64,000 nucleotides of DNA from a virus, in the IMG/VR virus record IMGVR_UViG_3300032236_001081, positions 1-64,000 of that record; one strand, 5' to 3'. The notes beneath the pieces are model-generated. The model was not told the DNA's origin. It did no database searches and worked only from the letters and a program-made list of their open reading frames with translations. The number at the start of each line of letters is the position of its first letter. Position 1 is the first letter of the stretch. The position numbers and the translations under genes are program-made. Of the stretch, positions 58,315-64,000 are shown piece after piece.

Positions 58315-58751
58315 ATAACTCTAATGAACCCCAGGTGAACTGGACTCCCAATATGATGGTAGAAGTTTTACTGAATGAACCTGATGACTTTCTTAAGGTT
58401 CGTGAAACTTTAACTCGTATTGGAGTAGCTTCACGAAAAGAAAAGAAACTATATCAGTCAGTTCATATTCTTCATAAACAAGGTAAGTATTATCTTACCC
58501 ACTTTAAAGAGCTATTTGCTCTTGATGGTAAGTATGCAAATATTACCGTTAATGATATGCAAAGACGCAATCGTATAGCACAACTAGTTGCTGATTGGGG
58601 CCTGGTATCAATTGTAAATGCAGACTCAGTTTCAGATATTGCTCCACTAAACCAAATTAAAGTTCTTTCTTTTAAAGATAAGGCGGATTGGATGCTTGAA
58701 AGTAAGTATTCTATTGGTAAAAAAGTAAAACCCGAAACCGAAGATAAATAG
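58311..58751 (+). CDS. regA: Translational repressor RegA
   Basis: PDDFLKVRETLTRIG.AS, LYQS.HILHKQG.YY..HFKELF.LDG. Confidence 0.96.
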   Translation: MNNSNEPQVNWTPNMMVEVLLNEPDDFLKVRETLTRIGVASRKEKKLYQSVHILHKQGKYYLTHFKELFALDGKYANITVNDMQRRNRIAQLVADWGLVSIVNADSVSDIAPLNQIKVLSFKDKADWMLESKYSIGKKVKPETEDK

Positions 58752-58818
58752 ACACTAATCCGAATATAGAATGGGGGGGTTATACTACTCCCTTTTTTTA
58801 TGGTTTTATGTTATATAC

Positions 58819-58877
58819 TAATGATGTTGCCTTCGGGGACATTATTAACTTACAGACGCTTTAGGAGGTCTATTATG
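58819..58877 (+). promoter_or_regulatory. Structured hsp20 5' UTR, ROSE-like RNA thermometer candidate
   Basis: C(UUCG)G hairpin at 58819-58847, then a hairpin at 58854-58871 occluding AGGAGG. Confidence 0.6.
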
Positions 58878-59318
58878 TTTGGAACAGAATCATTTACGCT
58901 TACAGTGCCACAAACTGCAAAGTATTTGTTGGATATACAAAAGAATAGTATTGGAATGGATGAGTGGTTTAAGAGATTTGATAGTGCTTTTGAGACGCAC
59001 ACTAACTATCCGCCATACAATTTAGTTAAAGATAGTAGTGTAGATTTTAGATTAGAAATTGCCCTTGCTGGATACAAAAGAGAAGATATTGAAGTTACTA
59101 CTGAGTGGAATAAACTTTTTGTAGAAGCAAAGAAAGTGGGAGACTCTACTGATGAATATCTACACAAAGGACTTGCAAAAAGAGCATTTATACGAACTTG
59201 GACTTTATCAGATGATGTAGTTGTTGGTGATATTTCTTTTGAAGATGGATTACTCACAATCAAACTAAATAGAGTCATTCCAGAGCATCAAAAGAAAAAA
59301 GTTTATGAAATTCTATAA
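58875..59318 (+). CDS. hsp20: Small heat shock protein (IbpA-like)
   Basis: NYPPYN, EIALAG, YLHKGLA.R.F, DGLL.I.L...PE; ATG at 58875 after AGGAGG. Confidence 0.95.
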   Translation: MFGTESFTLTVPQTAKYLLDIQKNSIGMDEWFKRFDSAFETHTNYPPYNLVKDSSVDFRLEIALAGYKREDIEVTTEWNKLFVEAKKVGDSTDEYLHKGLAKRAFIRTWTLSDDVVVGDISFEDGLLTIKLNRVIPEHQKKKVYEIL

Positions 59319-59361
59319 TACGAATAAATAATTAGGGGCTACTCCCAATTATTGTCGTCGC

Positions 59362-59420
59362 AAAAAGAGACTAATTCTGACTAAGGCCAGAATTGACAGT
59401 CTCTTTTTTTATGCTATAAT
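59362..59420 (+). terminator. Terminator hairpin overlapping a sigma70-like promoter
   Basis: AAAAAGAGACT..AATTCTG / CAGAATT..AGTCTCTTTTTTT; TTGACA at 59393-59398 and TGcTATAAT at 59412-59420. Confidence 0.7.
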
Positions 59421-59442
59421 ACTATGAAATTATGAGATAACT

Positions 59443-59769
59443 ATGGAAGGAATTGTGTTGACGGATGGGAGAGTTTTGGTATCTGAAATAGTCGCAGTGG
59501 AAATTGACCCAGATGCAGTGGGTGTTGTAGACTGCAAATTAATCAATCCTTGTATAATAATTAAAGATAAACTAGTTAAACTTTTAGGTGGGTATACAGA
59601 ACAGACTGAGTTTTTAATAAATTCGGATAAAATATTTACGATGTTTGCTCCTAATACTGAATTAAAAATAGAATATATTAAACTTACTGGATATGTAGAA
59701 CCTGTTGTTCCAGTTGAAGTTGAATCGGACGAAGAAATTGAAGAAATTTACGAAGGAGAGGGCGTTTGA
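59443..59769 (+). CDS. Hypothetical protein
   Basis: ORF track; DCKLINP pattern of small genes preceding g43. Confidence 0.7.
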   Translation: MEGIVLTDGRVLVSEIVAVEIDPDAVGVVDCKLINPCIIIKDKLVKLLGGYTEQTEFLINSDKIFTMFAPNTELKIEYIKLTGYVEPVVPVEVESDEEIEEIYEGEGV

Positions 59770-62258
59770 GATTTTACACAAATGCTTATCAAAAATACGA
59801 TAAGATTTTAGTAAGAGGATATGAAAATGGAAAAAAATTCAAAGAAGAGGTAAACTTTTATCCAACATTATACGTTTCAAGTAAAAAACAAAGTAGTTAC
59901 AAAACCCTTGATAATCTTTGGGTTGAACCTATTCAGCCTGGGTCTATTTCTGATTGTAGAGAATTTTATAGAAAATACTCTCAAGTTCAAGGATTTAAAA
60001 TTTATGGAATGGATAATTATACATTTCAATATATCTCAGATAATTATTCTGAACAAATTGAGTATGATTTAACAAAAATAAAATTATTTTCTCTTGATAT
60101 TGAAGTTTGTTCCGAACAGGGATTTCCTAATGTGTTTGATTGTGCTGAAGAAATGCTCTTGATTTCTATACAAGATTATAACACTAAGCATATTACAACT
60201 TTTGGAGTTAGGCCATATGATAATAAAAGAGATGATGTAACTTATATTGAATGTAGCGATGAAATAGAATTATTTGATAAGTTCCTAGCATTTTGGGAGG
60301 AAGAAAATCCTGACCTCATTACTGGATGGAACCTAGAATTATATGATATTCCCTATCTTGTAGGTAGAATGTCAAGAATTCTTGGAGACAAAGAAACTGG
60401 TAGACTATCTCCGTGGGGGATAGTAAAAACAAAAGAGATTGAAATCTCAGGAAGAGTTCAACTTCAGTGTGAAATTGCCGGTATTTCTATTATTGATTAC
60501 CTTAATCTTTATAAAAAATTTACTTATGTAAATAGAGAAAGTTATGCTTTGAACCATATTGCAGAAGTAGAACTCGGTATGGAAAAGTTAGACCACTCTG
60601 AGTTTGATACTTTCAAAGACTTTTACACTAAAGATTGGGATAAGTTTGTTCGCTATAATATAATTGACGTTGAGCTTGTTGACCGATTGGAACAAAAGCT
60701 GAAGTTGATTGAGCTTTGTATTATGATGGCATATAACGCAAAGACAAACTATACCGATGTATTCTATCAAGTGCGAATGTGGGATGCCATTACTTACAAT
60801 TATTTAAGAGAGAGGAATATCGCAGTTCCTCCAAAAGAAATTACAAGTAAAACGGAGAAGTTTCCAGGTGCTTATGTAAAAGAGCCCAAGCCTGGAATGT
60901 ATGATTGGGTTGTAAGTTTTGACTTAGCATCACTATATCCTTCTTTATTGATGATGTATAATATCAGTCCAGAGACTTATATAGAAAAACGGCATCCTAA
61001 TATTACTATTCAGGGAGTTCTAGACCAAACTGTAGATACGCAATCGTATTCTGATTATACAGTATGTCCAAATGGAGCAATGTATCGTAAAGACATTCGT
61101 GGATTTTTCCCCGAACTGACTGAGAAGATGTTTAATGAGAGGAAACTTTATAAGAAAAAGATGCTTGAGGCAGAACAAGAATATGAAAATAACCCGTCAA
61201 TAGAACTTCGTAATACAATTTCAAAATATCATAATCTTCAACAAAACTTAAAAATTTGTTTGAATAGTCTGTATGGTGCTTTGGGAAATCAATATTTTAG
61301 GTATTATAAACTAGAGAATGCAAAGGCAATTACTTTTTCAGGACAAACTACCATTAAATGGATTGAGAGTAGGTTGAATGCATATTTAAATAAAATTGTA
61401 GGGACTAAAAATCAAGATTTTATTATTGCACTTGATACTGATAGCAATTACTTAAATTTTGGACCTTTAGTAGATAAAGTTTTTAAAAATAAAAATCCTA
61501 CAAAGGAAAAGGTTGTGGATTTTCTAGATAAAATCTGCGGAACCACATTTCAAGATTTTATTAATGAGTGCTTCCAGGAACTTTCTGATTATACCAATGC
61601 ATATAATAATGCTCTTTATATGAAAAGAGAAGCGATTTGTGACAGAGCAATCTGGACTAAAAAGAAAAGGTATATTCTAAATGTTTGGGATAATGAAGGG
61701 GTTCGTTATGAAACACCAAAGGTAAAAATCAAAGGACTTGAGGCAATTAAGTCTTCCACTCCTGCAGTTTGTAGAAAGATGATTAAAGATGCAGTTCCTA
61801 TTATGATGAACCAGACTGAAACTGATATGATACAGTATATCCAAGAATGTAAAGAAAAATTTATGAATTTTTCAATTGAGCAAATCTCATTCCCTCGTTC
61901 TGTAAATAATCTGGAAACCTACAGTTCAAATGCCACTATTTACACAAAAGGAACTCCTATGCACGTTAGAGGAACTTTACTTTATAATTATCATATAAAA
62001 AAGAATAAACTTGACAATAAATATCCAATCATTAATAATGGGGAAAAGATTAAATACTGTGCCCTTAAAGTTCCAAATCCTATTCATCAAGATGTAATCT
62101 GCTTCATTCAAAACTTTCCAAAAGAGCTTGAATTGGAAAAATATGTAGATTATACTACTCAGTTTAATAAATCTTTCTTAGAACCTTTGAAGATTATCTT
62201 AGATGCAATTGGGTGGAAAACAGAAAAAACTGTAAACTTATCAAGCTTTTATGTATAA
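59766..62258 (+). CDS. g43: Family B DNA polymerase gp43 (TTG start)
   Basis: DIE exonuclease motif, SFDLASLYPS, K...NSLYG.LG, DTDS, KKRY. Confidence 0.97.
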   Translation: MRFYTNAYQKYDKILVRGYENGKKFKEEVNFYPTLYVSSKKQSSYKTLDNLWVEPIQPGSISDCREFYRKYSQVQGFKIYGMDNYTFQYISDNYSEQIEYDLTKIKLFSLDIEVCSEQGFPNVFDCAEEMLLISIQDYNTKHITTFGVRPYDNKRDDVTYIECSDEIELFDKFLAFWEEENPDLITGWNLELYDIPYLVGRMSRILGDKETGRLSPWGIVKTKEIEISGRVQLQCEIAGISIIDYLNLYKKFTYVNRESYALNHIAEVELGMEKLDHSEFDTFKDFYTKDWDKFVRYNIIDVELVDRLEQKLKLIELCIMMAYNAKTNYTDVFYQVRMWDAITYNYLRERNIAVPPKEITSKTEKFPGAYVKEPKPGMYDWVVSFDLASLYPSLLMMYNISPETYIEKRHPNITIQGVLDQTVDTQSYSDYTVCPNGAMYRKDIRGFFPELTEKMFNERKLYKKKMLEAEQEYENNPSIELRNTISKYHNLQQNLKICLNSLYGALGNQYFRYYKLENAKAITFSGQTTIKWIESRLNAYLNKIVGTKNQDFIIALDTDSNYLNFGPLVDKVFKNKNPTKEKVVDFLDKICGTTFQDFINECFQELSDYTNAYNNALYMKREAICDRAIWTKKKRYILNVWDNEGVRYETPKVKIKGLEAIKSSTPAVCRKMIKDAVPIMMNQTETDMIQYIQECKEKFMNFSIEQISFPRSVNNLETYSSNATIYTKGTPMHVRGTLLYNYHIKKNKLDNKYPIINNGEKIKYCALKVPNPIHQDVICFIQNFPKELELEKYVDYTTQFNKSFLEPLKIILDAIGWKTEKTVNLSSFYV

Positions 62259-62264
62259 ATTTAT

Positions 62265-62387
62265 ATGAACTTACCTATTAATGAAAAAGACTTAAAATTT
62301 ATTTTAGAAAAAGTTAAGCACAATACAGAACTTTATAATAAATTATGGTCTTTTTGGTTTAAAATGCAAACAACAAAGGATAACTAA
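62265..62387 (+). CDS. Hypothetical 40 aa peptide; not in ORF track
   Basis: MNLPINEKDL...LYNKLWSFWF; fills the g43-uvsX gap. Confidence 0.6.
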   Translation: MNLPINEKDLKFILEKVKHNTELYNKLWSFWFKMQTTKDN

Positions 62388-62389
62388 CT

Positions 62390-63394
62390 ATGGATTTTTT
62401 AAAAGATATTGTAAAAGAAATCGGCGGAGAATACACACAACTTGCATCAGATATTGATGAGACTGAAACTTATGTGGACACGGGTTCGTACATATTTAAT
62501 GCTCTTGTATCTGGGAGTATCTTTGGTGGCGTATCTGGTAATAAAATCACTGCAATCGCAGGTGAAACTTCTACAGGAAAAACTTTCTTTAGTCTGGCAG
62601 TGGTCAAAAATTTTCTTGATAATAATCCTACTGGATACTGTCTGTATTTTGATACTGAAGCTGCAATCACCAGATCTTTATTAGAGGGGAGAGGCATTGA
62701 CACAACAAGATTGGTTGTTGTCAATGTGGTCACAGTTGAAGAGTTTCGTGGTAAGGCACTGAAGGCAGTTGACCTTTATTTGAAAAAACCCGAAGGGGAA
62801 CGCAGTCCTTGTATGTTTGTTCTGGATTCTCTTGGTATGCTTTCAACCAGTAAGGAGATTAATGATGCTCTGAATGATAAGGAAGTTAGGGATATGACTA
62901 AATCCCAACTAATTAAGGGTGCATTTCGTATGCTTACCCTGAAACTTGGTCAGGCAAATATTCCAATGATAGTGACTAATCACACTTATGATGTTATCGG
63001 TGCTTATGTTCCAACAAAAGAAATGGGAGGCGGTAGTGGTCTTAAGTATGCAGCATCTTCTATCATCTATCTTTCTAAAAAGAAAGAAAAAGATGGAACT
63101 GATGTAATTGGAAATATTATTAAGTGTAAAACTGCTAAATCACGTTTAAGTAAGGAGAACCAAGATGTTGAAGTTCGTCTTTATTATGATGAACGAGGTC
63201 TTGATAGATATTATGGTTTGCTTGAACTTGGGGAGCTAGGTGGAATGTGGAAGAATGTGGCAGGACGTTATGAAATAGACGGTAAGAAAATTTATGGAAA
63301 ACAAATTCTTGCAGAACCAGAAAAATACTTTACAGAAGAAGTAATGCAAAAACTTGATGTAATTGCCAAGGGTGAGTTTAGTTATGGGGTATGA
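62390..63394 (+). CDS. uvsX: RecA-like recombinase UvsX
   Basis: GETSTGKT, YFDTE, LDSLG, NHTY, MGGGSGL.Y. Confidence 0.96.
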   Translation: MDFLKDIVKEIGGEYTQLASDIDETETYVDTGSYIFNALVSGSIFGGVSGNKITAIAGETSTGKTFFSLAVVKNFLDNNPTGYCLYFDTEAAITRSLLEGRGIDTTRLVVVNVVTVEEFRGKALKAVDLYLKKPEGERSPCMFVLDSLGMLSTSKEINDALNDKEVRDMTKSQLIKGAFRMLTLKLGQANIPMIVTNHTYDVIGAYVPTKEMGGGSGLKYAASSIIYLSKKKEKDGTDVIGNIIKCKTAKSRLSKENQDVEVRLYYDERGLDRYYGLLELGELGGMWKNVAGRYEIDGKKIYGKQILAEPEKYFTEEVMQKLDVIAKGEFSYGV

Positions 63395-63942
63395 AGAATA
63401 TTCGTATCATAAAAACTGGAGTTGATGTATCCAAGATACTAGAACAACTCAAACAATATCCAGAGGATTGGGGGTCTCAGAAGAATATTAAAGATAAGAA
63501 TATAGAACAACTTGACCCCTCACAATATACTGTTACTGTTGATGTTCTTCAATTGATAATAGGTGGAATAGAAAAGGAAGGGCAGTATGTTGGTGATACT
63601 GAAATCTGTATTCAAACTCCAGCATATCAGAAACACACAGAGATTCTTACTTACTTGGAAAAGTATTTTAAGAAACTCCGTCGTTGTGGATTTCTAGCAC
63701 TTCCTGTTGGGCAAATAGTTGGAACTCATATTGATGAAGGAACCTACTACCTTACAAAAGATAGATATCACCTTTCCATTCAGGGAGTGTATGAGTATAC
63801 TGTTGGAGATGAAACTATTGTTGTGAAACCTGGAATTCTTTTTTGGTTTAACAATAAACTTCCACACAGTGCAGTGAATATTGGAGAGGACGTTAGAATT
63901 ACTTTCGTATTTGATGTCCCTCACCACAAACGTAATCTTTAA
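63391..63942 (+). CDS. 2OG-Fe(II) oxygenase, Asp/Asn beta-hydroxylase-like
   Basis: HID iron motif, RYHL, WFNNK.PH.A.N...R...VFD. Confidence 0.85.
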   Translation: MKNIRIIKTGVDVSKILEQLKQYPEDWGSQKNIKDKNIEQLDPSQYTVTVDVLQLIIGGIEKEGQYVGDTEICIQTPAYQKHTEILTYLEKYFKKLRRCGFLALPVGQIVGTHIDEGTYYLTKDRYHLSIQGVYEYTVGDETIVVKPGILFWFNNKLPHSAVNIGEDVRITFVFDVPHHKRNL

Positions 63943-63953
63943 TTTATTAAGTA

Positions 63954-64000
63954 ATGGAAAAAATTGAAACAACTATTCTTAGAAATTTGTTATTTAATAA
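63954..64000 (+). CDS. g41: 5' end of replicative helicase gp41 (truncated)
   Basis: MEKIETTILRNLLFN, in the usual position after uvsX. Confidence 0.75.
   Translation, partial: MEKIETTILRNLLFN

Noticed and set aside
58800-58874. N-terminal extension of Hsp20 in the ORF track
   Set aside because: A strong AGGAGG precedes ATG 58875, and the upstream part reads as a structured UTR
38882-62258. Introns, inteins or homing endonucleases in g17, g20, g23, g46 or g43
   Set aside because: ORFs are continuous and of normal length, with no splicing or endonuclease motifs seen
10462-63972. Short antisense and alternate-frame ORFs inside core genes
   Set aside because: Shadow ORFs of conserved T4-like genes, with no expression signals or motifs

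Overview
This is a 64 kb AT-rich segment of a T4-like cyanomyovirus genome, probably from a freshwater lineage. All credible genes are on the + strand. 1-7400 is a hypervariable early region of short ORFs, many of them paralogous or chimeric. It is organised by a repeated promoter cassette: a 24-bp TGTGCCA-N10-TGGCACA palindrome, a fixed gap, then a -10 box, with no -35 box. 6345-6670 and 7405-8110 are non-coding, repeat-rich tracts, each fed by its own sigma70 promoter, and the two promoters face in opposite directions. The second tract has three G6AG3 modules and 14 same-strand TTCGT motifs and is a candidate transcription-primed origin or structured RNA. 8136-10300 holds small conserved genes, a GT-A glycosyltransferase-like gene and speD. 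10331-49982 is the virion module (g25, g6, g7, g8, a large structural protein, a fibre-like gene, g13-g23, g3). 49986-64000 is recombination, transcription and replication (uvsY, uvsW, g55, g47, g46, g45, g44, g62, regA, hsp20, g43, uvsX, a 2OG-Fe(II) oxygenase and the start of g41). Other points of interest are a ROSE-like thermometer before hsp20, a capsid-targeting-like N-terminus on the gene between g16 and g17, an xG[ILV][SGT]T pentapeptide recurring across unrelated virion proteins, and apparent GATC/CATG/TCGA avoidance in the core. No tRNA, CRISPR array, integrase or intein was seen. All calls are by eye from motifs and gene order; no database search was run.
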